Shown: positions 9,589 to 19,755 of the stretch, one piece after another | How the letters are laid out: the number at the start of each line of letters is the position of its first letter | Numbering within the stretch: the stretch's first letter is position 1 | Assembly: GCA_964406075.1 (NCBI GenBank) | Contig: CAYOQI010000003.1 | Location: 140,718 to 204,717, forward strand | Direction: 5' to 3' | From: an uncultured Pseudomonadales bacterium | GTDB taxonomy: Bacteria > Patescibacteriota > Microgenomatia > UBA1400 > PJMF01 | DNA length: 64,000 bases | Notes under the pieces: model-generated | Databases searched by the model: none | The model's input: only the letters and a program-made list of their open reading frames with translations | What the model was told of the DNA's origin: nothing | Program-made: the position numbers and the translations under genes

Positions 9589-10038
9589 TTAGGAATCAAT
9601 AAGTAGTTTGCCCAATACACCGTTTACAAACTTCGCAGAATTGTCTGCGCCGTACTGTTTGGCCATTTCCACGGCTTCATTGACGAGGACTTTCTTGGGA
9701 GTTTTTTTGAGTCGACTTTCAAGAAGTACGGTTCGTAAAATTGCGAGGTCAACTTGATTCATCTGGTTAATTGGCCATTCAGGTGCAACTTTTTCAATTG
9801 AAGCATCAATATCAGCTTGATGTGATAAGAAATCCCGAATGTATTCGGAACTTTCTCCAGCATCTTGCTTATCTTTCAGTGCTTCATGGGCAAATAAGTG
9901 TTGCATGCGGAGGACTCTTTTTTCGTGTCGAGGATCTACTGTTGTCTGTTCTCCATCATCACTATCATTATCCGGAGTGTGAATATCTACATCTGGAGTA
10001 ATGACGGGCTGGGAAGACTGATCAGTGACATCAGGCAT
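9589..10038 (-). CDS. nusB: Transcription antitermination factor NusB (start re-assigned)
   Basis: C-terminal NusB signature [12 protein letters not shown]...[11 protein letters not shown]...[10 protein letters not shown]. The ATG at 10038 overlaps the bL32 stop (AATGCCTGA). The ORF-track start at 10077 would lie inside rpmF. Confidence 0.8.
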   Translation of the reverse strand: MPDVTDQSSQPVITPDVDIHTPDNDSDDGEQTTVDPRHEKRVLRMQHLFAHEALKDKQDAGESSEYIRDFLSHQADIDASIEKVAPEWPINQMNQVDLAILRTVLLESRLKKTPKKVLVNEAVEMAKQYGADNSAKFVNGVLGKLLIDS

Positions 10039-10198
10039 TAGCAGTGAGTTGTCCCAAAGCCTTTTTGATTTTGGCAATCAGGTTTTGCTTATGTAAAATA
10101 ATTTTTTGATGTTTTGGCTGGACAGTATCGAGCGCATCTTGTGAGCGTCTGCGACCTTTTCTTCCAGTTGAATGACGTCGTTTTGGCAGTGGTCCCAT
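10031..10198 (-). CDS. rpmF: 50S ribosomal protein L32 (55 aa, below the ORF-track cutoff)
   Basis: Manual translation gives [55 protein letters not shown]. The PKRR.S..R...RRS.DAL pattern is the bL32 N-terminal signature. Confidence 0.75.
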   Translation of the reverse strand: MGPLPKRRHSTGRKGRRRSQDALDTVQPKHQKIILHKQNLIAKIKKALGQLTANA

Positions 10199-10254
10199 AA
10201 ATATCCTTCGGAATAAATTCCAGATTTTAATTTCAAAATTTACAAATAAAATAA

Positions 10255-10270
10255 AGAGGTGTTTACCTCT
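10255..10270 (-). terminator. Possible terminator after the 184-aa secreted-protein gene
   Basis: On the minus strand AGAGGU-AAAC-ACCUCU is followed by UUUAUUUUAUUU. Confidence 0.45.
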
Positions 10271-10376
10271 AGACCAGATTATAACTACTATTAGAAAATA
10301 GTAAACAGTTATCAGTTGATAGTTAGTCGTCGACAGCTTCTGTTGATTTTATCCCGAGAGCGCTGTAATAGTTCGA

Positions 10377-10931
10377 TTACTTCGCTTTTTTAAGTAAAAC
10401 GGCAAGCGCAATTCCACAAAGTATCATGCCAGTCATGACAAACACTTGTTGTGATCCCGTGGCAGCAAAGTCAGTAATGCTGAGGATTTCTCCCCCGATT
10501 CCAGTACTTGTCCCGGTTCCTGTTCCGCTTCCATTTTTACAATTAAAACGGGTGTTTTTGGTTAAATAGTTAGCGTCATCCAGCCCCCACAATTTTCCGT
10601 TGGCAACATGAATCCATCCTTGTTTTGTTAAAACCGTCACATCCGTTTCACTTAAATTGGTATATTTCCACCAGACAGTTTGAATTCCTTGACCTTCATC
10701 TTTTGGACAAAAACATTGGACGATTTGCCATTCGTTCATCTTATACACTGTGTCGTGACCAGAGTATTGTGCAGATTCTCCGACGATCCCGTGAATTCCT
10801 TCACTGTAATTGGCAATGACTTCTCCAGTGGGTGCGGTACAGGCAGAAAAAGCAGGTACATCGACGGCTTTGACTTGGACAGGAAGTAAGAAAAATGCAA
10901 TTAAAAATGCAGTTGCAATGAGTTTTTTCAT
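10377..10931 (-). CDS. Secreted protein with a signal peptide, a Gly/Thr linker and a C-terminal TM anchor
   Basis: Signal peptide MKKLIATAFLIAFFLLPVQVKA, a GSGTGTGTSTGIGG linker, and a C-terminal hydrophobic helix plus a basic tail (LLKKAK) that resembles a sorting signal. Confidence 0.5.
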   Translation of the reverse strand: MKKLIATAFLIAFFLLPVQVKAVDVPAFSACTAPTGEVIANYSEGIHGIVGESAQYSGHDTVYKMNEWQIVQCFCPKDEGQGIQTVWWKYTNLSETDVTVLTKQGWIHVANGKLWGLDDANYLTKNTRFNCKNGSGTGTGTSTGIGGEILSITDFAATGSQQVFVMTGMILCGIALAVLLKKAK

Positions 10932-11081
10932 TAAAGAAGTGTTTATTAAAAAGTTATTGAGATGGATTATATCACAAGAAAACCCGAATTAGTCGACTAA
11001 TGGACACGCAGTGTTTATGTGTGGAAAAATTAGCAATTCAATTGGAATTGCTTTTGTTAACTACAGTACAGGTGTTTGTGC

Positions 11082-12452
11082 TTATCGAGTGAAAAGATCG
11101 AAGAAGTTTTTCAGAAAACGTTGTACGATTCTGACCACTGATTCTGTAAATGCCAGAGGTTGTTGTTGCATATGAATAACGGCTGGTGCATCTTCAAATG
11201 TGGTGTTCTGCGAATAATATGTGGGTGCTGTAATGTGTAGCTCATCTTGAGATCGAAGATATGCAAGGGAAAAATTGCCTTCTTTATCTGTCTGTACAGT
11301 TTTGTATGCACTTTTTAAAATCACACCTTCAATAGGATCGCCACCAAAGTCCACTACTCTTCCGGAATACACTTGAGGACTGAAGTATTTTTTCAATACT
11401 TCTACTCCAGGTCGTGCCGTACCATTATCATTCCATAAAGCAGTAGATCCACCGACATTGACCCAGTAGTTCAAGCCAATTAAATCAGGTATTTTGGCCA
11501 GTTGTGATAATGATGTATCAATCCAAACTGCTTGCTCTTCCGGACTAAAATCACCATGTATATCAGGAATAGGCGCGCCATATTCCCCTAACATGACTTG
11601 ACCGCCACTGTGTCGTGCGTATTGGCGAGTATCTTGGGTTAATGTTTCTGGATCACGAACATAGTGATCGACAGTGATGACTCCACCGAGGGCTTTGGTA
11701 TTTTGAGGTGTCATGATCAATTCTGCTACATCACCATTCATTGAGTGTAAATTGTGCCTGACAGATTTTTTCATGTTTTTAAAAGCGACATCAGTTAGTT
11801 GGTACTCTTCAATCAAAAATTGTGCATGACCCTTTGCATCACCATTCATCCTTGGATCACCGGGGCCACCATTTTCACATTCTGGACAAGGTGTAAAAAG
11901 ATCACCATCCATAAACAGTTCTGGGTGGTTCTGTAAAAATTGGCCGAGTAAACGGGTATGTTCTTGCCTATTAATTGGAGCATAGCCAAACCATTCTTCC
12001 CAACCTGAAAAGTTTCCTCGAAACCAGATTTTAAGATTATGACTACGTGCGGAGTCTACCCAGAGTGCGAGTACTGGATAAAATTGTTCGTCATATGGTG
12101 TGCCAATGGCAACATGTGTTGCTCCAAGTTGTGCAATATCATTCATCTGTTTATCAATGACTGGGCGAAAAGTTGCAGGATCTTTTAAAATTTGTTCACT
12201 GCTGTCTCGAGAAATCTTCATGGTATCCACTGATTGAATTTCCCACCAGGTATTGGAAGTTGATGGATATGATGCGGAAACCATAGTGGTTGTTGTTAAT
12301 CCAAAGGAGAGCAAAAATGTTACGAGAATAAAGATGATTTTGATTGACACATCCAGATTATACCAGACGGAAGCCAATTGGCTAAATTTAGCAGTAATCT
12401 GTGTCATCATTATATGACTTTGACCATTGTTTGAGGAAAAGGAGTTAATCAA
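11082..12452 (-). CDS. Membrane-anchored putative glycoside-hydrolase-like protein with a C-terminal CarboxypepD_reg-like beta-sandwich
   Basis: An N-terminal TM helix. The central region looks TIM-barrel-like by eye only (weak support). The C-terminus YSGRVVDFGGDPIEGVILKS...TDKEGNFSL matches the carboxypeptidase-regulatory-like pattern. Confidence 0.4.
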   Translation of the reverse strand: MINSFSSNNGQSHIMMTQITAKFSQLASVWYNLDVSIKIIFILVTFLLSFGLTTTTMVSASYPSTSNTWWEIQSVDTMKISRDSSEQILKDPATFRPVIDKQMNDIAQLGATHVAIGTPYDEQFYPVLALWVDSARSHNLKIWFRGNFSGWEEWFGYAPINRQEHTRLLGQFLQNHPELFMDGDLFTPCPECENGGPGDPRMNGDAKGHAQFLIEEYQLTDVAFKNMKKSVRHNLHSMNGDVAELIMTPQNTKALGGVITVDHYVRDPETLTQDTRQYARHSGGQVMLGEYGAPIPDIHGDFSPEEQAVWIDTSLSQLAKIPDLIGLNYWVNVGGSTALWNDNGTARPGVEVLKKYFSPQVYSGRVVDFGGDPIEGVILKSAYKTVQTDKEGNFSLAYLRSQDELHITAPTYYSQNTTFEDAPAVIHMQQQPLAFTESVVRIVQRFLKNFFDLFTR

Positions 12453-12460
12453 CTTAAGAA

Positions 12461-14092
12461 CTATCTTTGTTTTGGTAAAGTTGGTTCAGTCTGTAATATA
12501 TCCATGTATTCCGGCTTCAACTGATAAATATCAGCGAAGGGATATGAGTTCATAAGTTCATACTTGTATAACGCTCCACTTTTTTTCACGAGTTTAAATG
12601 TCTGATCATTTTCGTCGTTGGTACGCATAATGATCCATCGTGCCCATCGATCAGGACTACTCGTTGCACTTTCCCAGTACGTTCCTGTCCCTTCGTGAAT
12701 GAACCGTTTCATTGGCAAGCCGGATGAGAAAATAATTGCGTCATGTGAAGCAGCAGAGATAAGGATGAAGCCTTTTTCATTTGAAGTATTGTCTCGTAAC
12801 CAACCAGACACTTCTGAAACATTTTTCTGACTTGATCCCACTCGCCCATCATCAATCGTCACCGCATCGGCACTCGTAAAGTGGAAGAAGGTAGTGAACA
12901 ACAGTAAGCCAATAATGACGATTCGTAGTGGTTTCAATCGATAAATCAAGTATCCAAGATATATAGCAATCGAGGGCATCATGGTAATTCCATACCGGAC
13001 GTTGAACCAAGTGTCTCCATTCAATCCTTGAACAAACAAGACAGAATGCCCTAAGTACAGAGCTAAGATATTAAAGAGCAACGGAGCAAGTAAAGCGGTT
13101 GTGGCAATCCGGGTTTGAATACTAATTTTTTTATCTAAAAGTAAGAGTCCGGCGCCAATACTCCCCAATAGTACTGAGAAAGTTCCCGAATTAAATATAA
13201 GTGCATACCAATACGTGATCAAAGAGATTCTCCAGTCACCCTTAGTAATAAGTACTCCCGCTTCATCGAGCTGAGTTTGTTGTGCGTGTGCTGAGTAAGG
13301 TCCGAAGGCGAAATACAGCGGATCTTTGAAAATAAGTGTGTTCCATAACAGCCAGAAAAATATTCCAAATCCTGCCAACGTACAGAAGAAAACGAATATA
13401 CCTTCTGATTTGCCCCAACCTTTTTTCTTCCATGCATGCCATACAATTAACACAGTTGAATAGAAGAACAAAAACCATCCATCGTATCGAATTAATGTTG
13501 ACAACATGACCCAGAATGCCGATCGAATCAAACTATAGAGTGATTGGTTTTGATGATAGTTGATCAGCTCATAGACACCAGCGGTCATGGTTGCGATTAA
13601 CAGCAACTCAGTCATAGCGGTTGATTGAAGGAAGAGAATGTTCAAATTCAGCACAAACATCAGGACACCAAAAATACGTCCAGAGATTGGGACATTGATT
13701 TTTTCCAAGATGCGATAAATGAGATATCCAGTTAATACAAAAGAGAACATGGATTGGAGTGCTCCGGATAATCCAGAGTGCCACATGAAGTCATTCCAGA
13801 TAGTCGGTACCATCAAAAGATGTGGTAATGGTAACCAAACACTTCCCAACTGAGCAAGTCCTGGTTTTAATCCTTCCACTACACGTCGTCCAATATTCAA
13901 GTGAGAACGGGCATCGTTGTACGCGAGGCCCAAACCATTGTCTAAGTAATAGAAAAAACAAAAGACAGAGATAACACTCATGATCAGAACAATCATGGGC
14001 AATGTGAAACGCTCAATCAATACTCCAAGAGATTCGTATCTTTTTTTCGACAGGGACAAAGTGATTATGGGGTTAAAAGAAGGTCTTTTCAT
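12461..14092 (-). CDS. Polytopic GT-C-type glycosyltransferase (PMT_2/ArnT-like)
   Basis: More than 10 predicted TM helices, an early loop with a conserved acidic/basic motif (AYNDARSH), and a soluble C-terminal domain. Confidence 0.5.
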   Translation of the reverse strand: MKRPSFNPIITLSLSKKRYESLGVLIERFTLPMIVLIMSVISVFCFFYYLDNGLGLAYNDARSHLNIGRRVVEGLKPGLAQLGSVWLPLPHLLMVPTIWNDFMWHSGLSGALQSMFSFVLTGYLIYRILEKINVPISGRIFGVLMFVLNLNILFLQSTAMTELLLIATMTAGVYELINYHQNQSLYSLIRSAFWVMLSTLIRYDGWFLFFYSTVLIVWHAWKKKGWGKSEGIFVFFCTLAGFGIFFWLLWNTLIFKDPLYFAFGPYSAHAQQTQLDEAGVLITKGDWRISLITYWYALIFNSGTFSVLLGSIGAGLLLLDKKISIQTRIATTALLAPLLFNILALYLGHSVLFVQGLNGDTWFNVRYGITMMPSIAIYLGYLIYRLKPLRIVIIGLLLFTTFFHFTSADAVTIDDGRVGSSQKNVSEVSGWLRDNTSNEKGFILISAASHDAIIFSSGLPMKRFIHEGTGTYWESATSSPDRWARWIIMRTNDENDQTFKLVKKSGALYKYELMNSYPFADIYQLKPEYMDILQTEPTLPKQR

Positions 14093-15732
14093 CGCTTTTG
14101 TCTATGAAAGTATGATCTGAAAGATCGTTTTCTATCTGTGATAAATAACTGTAATAAAAGTAGGAATGAGACTACACCAACCATGCTCATAATTCCAATT
14201 GCGAATTCCCAAGCTGAAACATATTTATATCCGATTGTTTGGAAAAAGAAAGATTTCGATCGATTATCATTTAGCATTTCCATGCCTCTAGTAAATGTGT
14301 AGCGTTGTCGAGTTCCAGTTAATTCTTCGAGCTCTAACACTTGTACTTTAGGTGGCATTCGATTAGTTGTTGTTGCACCAATTGTGTTGACGAATACAGA
14401 GAAACCACCTAATACAAGGATAAATATCAGGACAAAGAAGCTATGTCGATACTTTGTTATCAATATTGATATCCCGATACTTAAGATTGCGTATGCAGGA
14501 ATCAAATACCGAGAACCAAATGCCCATCCACCATATGGATCTCCCCACATGGAATACAGTAAGGTAATCACACCAACAAGCGCGATGAACAAACGATGAT
14601 ACTGAGGAAAGTCTTTCACTAAGAGCAAAATTCCAATAAAACCTAGGAGCAGCACTGGCGTATACATGATCATTCCTCTATCCGGACTGATCAAATGTGT
14701 ATACAAACCATTTGGGAGGTTTCGTGTTTTGAAAAAACTCAACGCTGATCGTCGTTCTTTTTCTTGTGGTTCTGTTGTTTTTTGTTCTTCAAGTTCACGT
14801 TGCATGTTTTGATCAGCAATATCAGCTGGTAAGCCTAAGAGTTGATTTAAGGAAACCGTCACATCGTCTGTTGCAGTTCCAGCCAGCTGAAATGGATTAC
14901 CGTACGATTTAAAATTGATGTGCATGAATCCAGCAAGTGGGATAGCCATGATAATGAATGTGAGAAATCCAAGCGGTTTGATGTTCAACTCAATTTTGTC
15001 TTTAATCTCTCTAAAAGAGATCATTCTTGTCAAACCAAAAATTCCAATCGGAAACATCATAAAGAAGTTAGGATTATCGAGCATAACTGAAAATGCACAC
15101 GCCAACCAAACATACAGCAAACTTTTCAGACTCTTCCATGTAATCAATACATAAATACTCGAAAGTATCAAAAAAGTAGAGATGTGATGTTGGTAGAGTG
15201 ACACTGCATAGGCAAAAGCTGGTGATGCAAAGAGGAATAGTAAACTTGCAATGGTCGCCGCAGCTGAATGTGCACCCAATTTCATTGCAATTTTTCGTAT
15301 CAACACCGCATTACAAATCGCAAAAAATGAAATAATGGCATATGTCCCTACTTGAGCGACGCCGAATGTTTTCCCAATAATGTATCCTGGCATAATGATG
15401 AATGAGAGTGCGGGTGCAAAGAGTGAAACAAATTGGCCATTGGAATATCCGACGTCAGGTGAAGCAAATCGAGCAATAGGTATTGAGAATTGGTACGAGC
15501 CATCTTCAACTAAAGAGTACATCAGTGCAAAACGACCACGTTCTGGTGAAAGTTCAAAAGGGCCTTCATCTTTCCACATGTTTTCATTGATGGTTGCAGT
15601 AGTTGGATTTCCAGGGATGCCTCTTAAAGATAAGGTGAAAATAATCGCGCAGAATGCAATGAGAGCAAGAATCGGAACAACAGATTTTAGAAATCTCATA
15701 ATTCCGCTAGTGATAGATCGTAGGTTAGGCAT
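14089..15732 (-). CDS. Polytopic GT-C-type glycosyltransferase (PMT_2/ArnT-like), second copy
   Basis: Many TM helices. A 4-nt overlap couples it translationally to the neighbouring gene. Confidence 0.5.
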   Translation of the reverse strand: MPNLRSITSGIMRFLKSVVPILALIAFCAIIFTLSLRGIPGNPTTATINENMWKDEGPFELSPERGRFALMYSLVEDGSYQFSIPIARFASPDVGYSNGQFVSLFAPALSFIIMPGYIIGKTFGVAQVGTYAIISFFAICNAVLIRKIAMKLGAHSAAATIASLLFLFASPAFAYAVSLYQHHISTFLILSSIYVLITWKSLKSLLYVWLACAFSVMLDNPNFFMMFPIGIFGLTRMISFREIKDKIELNIKPLGFLTFIIMAIPLAGFMHINFKSYGNPFQLAGTATDDVTVSLNQLLGLPADIADQNMQRELEEQKTTEPQEKERRSALSFFKTRNLPNGLYTHLISPDRGMIMYTPVLLLGFIGILLLVKDFPQYHRLFIALVGVITLLYSMWGDPYGGWAFGSRYLIPAYAILSIGISILITKYRHSFFVLIFILVLGGFSVFVNTIGATTTNRMPPKVQVLELEELTGTRQRYTFTRGMEMLNDNRSKSFFFQTIGYKYVSAWEFAIGIMSMVGVVSFLLLLQLFITDRKRSFRSYFHRQKR

Positions 15733-16822
15733 AGGTTTTTTCTTGTGACGATACCTGAGAAAAAGTTTTGAAAAGAAATTGATGATCTTTTGTAAACTTC
15801 TGAGGGAAAAGTACTTGCTTCCCTCTTCGAACAGCGTTAATAGCTTTCCACCACATCATAATAAATGGGTTACCTGAGTGATAAAGATTATATAAATAAA
15901 AATATTGTGGGGTGAACGCTTGTTTATACGCACTCACACCACCACCAAAGTCAAAAGTATCAACTCCATCATCCATCATATCCTCGAGAGAGTATTTTAA
16001 CATAATTTTCCCAGGCGAGAAGTTTCGATATGTAGCGAGATAAGAAGTCTGATATCCTACGACTTTGCTCCCATATCTGAGACAAAATCCATACACAAAA
16101 GGAATTTCGTCATAATACAGGAAATATATGACTACGAACTTTCTGCAATGTTTTAGCATTGTTCGATAGAAATCTATATTTTCTTGTTTTGAAAAAACGT
16201 CTTTGGCATGAAGTTTCTTTGCACTCTGTTGTTCAATTTCGAATATTTTTTCTAAATGATCTTCTAAGTTATCTTCTGCTGTGTACTTTTTAAAATGCAA
16301 GTGATCCTGATTTTCTTTCAGAATCGGCTTCATTTTTCTTCGCTGTGATCCAGACAAAAAGCGTAAAGGATCATTTTGAAAATCGATATATGGGTTAACT
16401 GAAATTAATGAAAAAAATAATTGAGGAAATACTTTCTTGAGTAAGGTTGTCGCTTTTTCATCAAGCGTTGTGATGTAAATATTTTTGTGAATAAATATTT
16501 GCTTAAAAAGACTTTTACATATTTCAGGATCATATTTTTCGATTAAAAAAGCAGTATCAACAATAAACTCATCACCCATTGGGACCCAAACGTTCACACC
16601 ATAACTACGACTGGGACAGAGTGGAAAGATTGCGACAAGCATCTCTTGGTCATAACATGCAAAGATTTCATAGCTTTCAATTTTCCCAGCTTCTTTGCTC
16701 GTGACGAACCACTCATACGAGTTAAATGCATTTGCATTTTCAGCTTTTGCCCATAGTTTTTTCCACTGTGCAATCAATGTTTTATCAATTTCTCGTAGTA
16801 TTTTTGTATGATATATACTCAT
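15725..16822 (-). CDS. CelD/FemAB-like (Acetyltransf_6, GNAT-related) acyl/aminoacyl transferase
   Basis: The C-terminal FDFGGGVSAYKQAF motif is characteristic of BioF2/CelD-like proteins. It is a paralog of the next gene. Confidence 0.55.
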   Translation of the reverse strand: MSIYHTKILREIDKTLIAQWKKLWAKAENANAFNSYEWFVTSKEAGKIESYEIFACYDQEMLVAIFPLCPSRSYGVNVWVPMGDEFIVDTAFLIEKYDPEICKSLFKQIFIHKNIYITTLDEKATTLLKKVFPQLFFSLISVNPYIDFQNDPLRFLSGSQRRKMKPILKENQDHLHFKKYTAEDNLEDHLEKIFEIEQQSAKKLHAKDVFSKQENIDFYRTMLKHCRKFVVIYFLYYDEIPFVYGFCLRYGSKVVGYQTSYLATYRNFSPGKIMLKYSLEDMMDDGVDTFDFGGGVSAYKQAFTPQYFYLYNLYHSGNPFIMMWWKAINAVRRGKQVLFPQKFTKDHQFLFKTFSQVSSQEKTYA

Positions 16823-17880
16823 AATCCAATCGTTTTTCTAATGCTACGGTAGACTGAATATACTCTGACATGTTTCTGAAGGGCATTGAAAATATAATCT
16901 CGTAACTGATAAATGACTTTGATATATATACGAATGAAGACGTTTTTTGTAATGACAACTTTATAGAGTTGATTGAATTCACTGGTTAATGTTCTTTTGA
17001 TGTAGTTGTCACCGGAACCATAATCAATTCGAGTTACATCTATTGTTGATAAATACTCAATGAGTTTCACTTCAAGCACCTTTCCAGGAGCATAGTCTCT
17101 GAAGTTTTCATCGAATGCAATCTGGCTTCCAAAGTAGGTCTTGCCAATCAAAAAACCCATTTCATATACAATCGGTTTTTCTTCAAAAGAAAGAATGTTA
17201 ATAAGTAAATACTTTTTAAAATACTTTGCGAGTGATTGATAAAATACTTGGGTTTGGTCATCTGAAAAAGCATTGTATCCTCTAGAAAATTTTCTGCTTT
17301 TGGCATCAATTTGAAAACAGGTCTCAAAGATTTCAGGATTTTCTCCCGTGAATGAAGTGAGATTGAATTTTTCTTCGACACTTTTCGCCTCACGCATGAG
17401 TCTTTTTCTCTTAGGAATGATTACTTTCCCTTTTTCATCTTTTTGAAAATCAAGATACAGATTAATACTGTAAGGTGTAACGGCAAGTGACGAAGTATGT
17501 GTTTTTAAACTAACAACGAGTGTCTCAGGAACGTTATCAAGAAATACGTGCCCAATTTCCAAAATATTTTCGGTTAACAGTTGCACAGCTTCATGATCTT
17601 CAGAGTCAAATAAAAATGGAGTACCACAGACGAAATCTCCAGGCGGTGTGGTATAAAAATTCACACCATACCTCTTCTCTTTGATGAGACCCGCTATTGC
17701 AACTAATTCCTCTTCTCGTTTAATCGCAATAATAACAAAATCTGTGTAGTGAAAGGCATCAAGTACTGATAAAAACCAATGTGGTGAATTTATGAAATTA
17801 GCTACGGAAGACTTTTTCCATAGCGATGACCACTCTGAAAGAAGTTTGGGTTCCAATGATGTATATATTGTTGCTTGCAT
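16819..17880 (-). CDS. CelD/FemAB-like (Acetyltransf_6) transferase, paralog
   Basis: It has the same architecture as the neighbour (IDYGSGDNYIKRTL motif, N-terminal W..LW motif) and a 4-nt overlap with it. Confidence 0.55.
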   Translation of the reverse strand: MQATIYTSLEPKLLSEWSSLWKKSSVANFINSPHWFLSVLDAFHYTDFVIIAIKREEELVAIAGLIKEKRYGVNFYTTPPGDFVCGTPFLFDSEDHEAVQLLTENILEIGHVFLDNVPETLVVSLKTHTSSLAVTPYSINLYLDFQKDEKGKVIIPKRKRLMREAKSVEEKFNLTSFTGENPEIFETCFQIDAKSRKFSRGYNAFSDDQTQVFYQSLAKYFKKYLLINILSFEEKPIVYEMGFLIGKTYFGSQIAFDENFRDYAPGKVLEVKLIEYLSTIDVTRIDYGSGDNYIKRTLTSEFNQLYKVVITKNVFIRIYIKVIYQLRDYIFNALQKHVRVYSVYRSIRKTIGL

Positions 17881-17882
17881 GA

Positions 17883-18647
17883 TTATTTTTTTGCGAAATA
17901 TACTTCTTTATGATCAGGTACTTTTCCATCGGGAAATAAACCTATGAATTGAGATGTATACATCTCAATACATTTCTTTTTCTTATCGATATTTGAATTC
18001 AATTCATAGCGTCGATATTCAGAAATATCTTCACCGTAATTATTTGTTCTAACGTTGTATGGAAAGTCTGAGTATAAGATCAAGTTATCAAATACTTCTT
18101 CACATACCTTTCGAACAATTTGATGATCAACATGATTTCCAATTCCATAAGGAGCAAGCACAACCACATTCTCTTTTTTCATTGATTGAAGCTTTGTTCT
18201 CAGTACATCCATCGCAGGGTCTGTATTTGATACTGAAGAAGTGATATGAAAACGATACGTGGGATAGACATGATTGAGTTCCGGAACAAATTTCCCGAAT
18301 AGTTGTTGTTGGCTTTTTCTTCTGAAAAGTGCATCTGAAATTCCGAGATTTTTTATTTCTTTCACTTTTATAAATGAAAGTGCTTTTTTATCTTCTTTTA
18401 ATCTTTTTTCAAATAAATCATTGGCATTACTTTCATTGTTTGAATCCTTTAAAAACTTCTTAGCTGAAAGAGTATATGGACCTTCATGAGCAGTCGTAAA
18501 CACATTGACGACACGTACATCCACTTTTCCTTCCAATGCCATCATCAACATGCCACAAGACAAAACTGCATCATCAAAATGAGGTGAAATAATAACGATC
18601 GATGATTTTTGTCTCAGAATTTTTGAGACAATATCTTTACTTTGCAT
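17883..18647 (-). CDS. PIG-L/LmbE-family N-acetylglucosaminyl deacetylase
   Basis: The ISPHFDDAVLSCG motif matches PH.DD of PIG-L, and a later GNHVDH metal motif is present. Confidence 0.75.
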   Translation of the reverse strand: MQSKDIVSKILRQKSSIVIISPHFDDAVLSCGMLMMALEGKVDVRVVNVFTTAHEGPYTLSAKKFLKDSNNESNANDLFEKRLKEDKKALSFIKVKEIKNLGISDALFRRKSQQQLFGKFVPELNHVYPTYRFHITSSVSNTDPAMDVLRTKLQSMKKENVVVLAPYGIGNHVDHQIVRKVCEEVFDNLILYSDFPYNVRTNNYGEDISEYRRYELNSNIDKKKKCIEMYTSQFIGLFPDGKVPDHKEVYFAKK

Positions 18648-19755
18648 AAACGATGTTTTTTTCTAAATAGACCTTGTATGACTTCACAACCTCATCCCAG
18701 GAAAACTTCTTTGCATACTGAATACCTTTTTTGGACATAACTGTTCTGAGTTTGATATCTTGAATCACTTCTTCGAGAGCACTAGACAATGCATTGATGT
18801 CATATGGATTCACTTTCTTTATCAAACTGTCTGATGCCCACTTGAGTCCTTCTATGTCAAAACTAATGACTGGTAATCCATAAGACATTGCTTCAAGCGC
18901 CACTAAAGAATACGTTTCGAATCTGGAAGGAACAGCAAGACAGACTGACTCTTTCAATAATCGTTTCTTTTCAAGCCCTTCGACTTTCCCTATGACCATA
19001 ATTTGTTTTTTCAGTTTTGAGGCTTTGATTAAGACTGAAAGTTTTTCTAACTCTGAAGGTACTCCGGAACCAGCAATCACGAGTTTATACGAACTTTTTG
19101 TGTGAAGAATAAATTTCTTGAAGGCTTGGATTAAGAGATCGATCCCCTTTTGATCAACTTCAATTCGACCAAGGTACAGAATTTGGCGTTTCTTTTTAAT
19201 TTTTAAATTATCTATTTCATTCACACCATTACTAATCACCTGACAGTTACAGGAAGGATTCACTGTATTCACTTTTTTTTGTATCAATGTGCTCGTTGCA
19301 ACGATGTGAGAATATTGTTTAATCCCAAATGATTCGATAAAACTAAAATCAAAACCGTATTTTCTTTTCATGTCTTCAGCAGCCAACATGTGCACTACTC
19401 CAATTACTGGTTTTTTGGTAAAGAGTGGTAAGAATGCAGTTGTAAAAGGTGGTGAGAAACTTTCAATCCAAATATCAAATTTCTTTGTCATACAGATAAA
19501 TGGAAGTATCATTTGAAAAATGAACATTCCAAGTTTCGGAGGAAGAAAACTGAAACCAATGCGTGAATATTTCACCCGATCAATAGTCTCATTTTTTATC
19601 CCAGAATGATTCCAACTGATGACGGTGACATTGTAAGTATCTAATAGTCGCTTGGCTAATTCGTGTGTTGCAATAGCACCACCACCTCCATAATAGGGGT
19701 TTTTGATATCATCGTAGGTCGAGATAATGATAGAGGGTTTCTTATTTTTTGGCAT
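18637..19755 (-). CDS. Glycosyltransferase family 4 (GT-B)
   Basis: C-terminal E-x7-E region (PSRFETYSLVALEAMSYGLPVI). Confidence 0.8.
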   Translation of the reverse strand: MPKNKKPSIIISTYDDIKNPYYGGGGAIATHELAKRLLDTYNVTVISWNHSGIKNETIDRVKYSRIGFSFLPPKLGMFIFQMILPFICMTKKFDIWIESFSPPFTTAFLPLFTKKPVIGVVHMLAAEDMKRKYGFDFSFIESFGIKQYSHIVATSTLIQKKVNTVNPSCNCQVISNGVNEIDNLKIKKKRQILYLGRIEVDQKGIDLLIQAFKKFILHTKSSYKLVIAGSGVPSELEKLSVLIKASKLKKQIMVIGKVEGLEKKRLLKESVCLAVPSRFETYSLVALEAMSYGLPVISFDIEGLKWASDSLIKKVNPYDINALSSALEEVIQDIKLRTVMSKKGIQYAKKFSWDEVVKSYKVYLEKNIVYAK

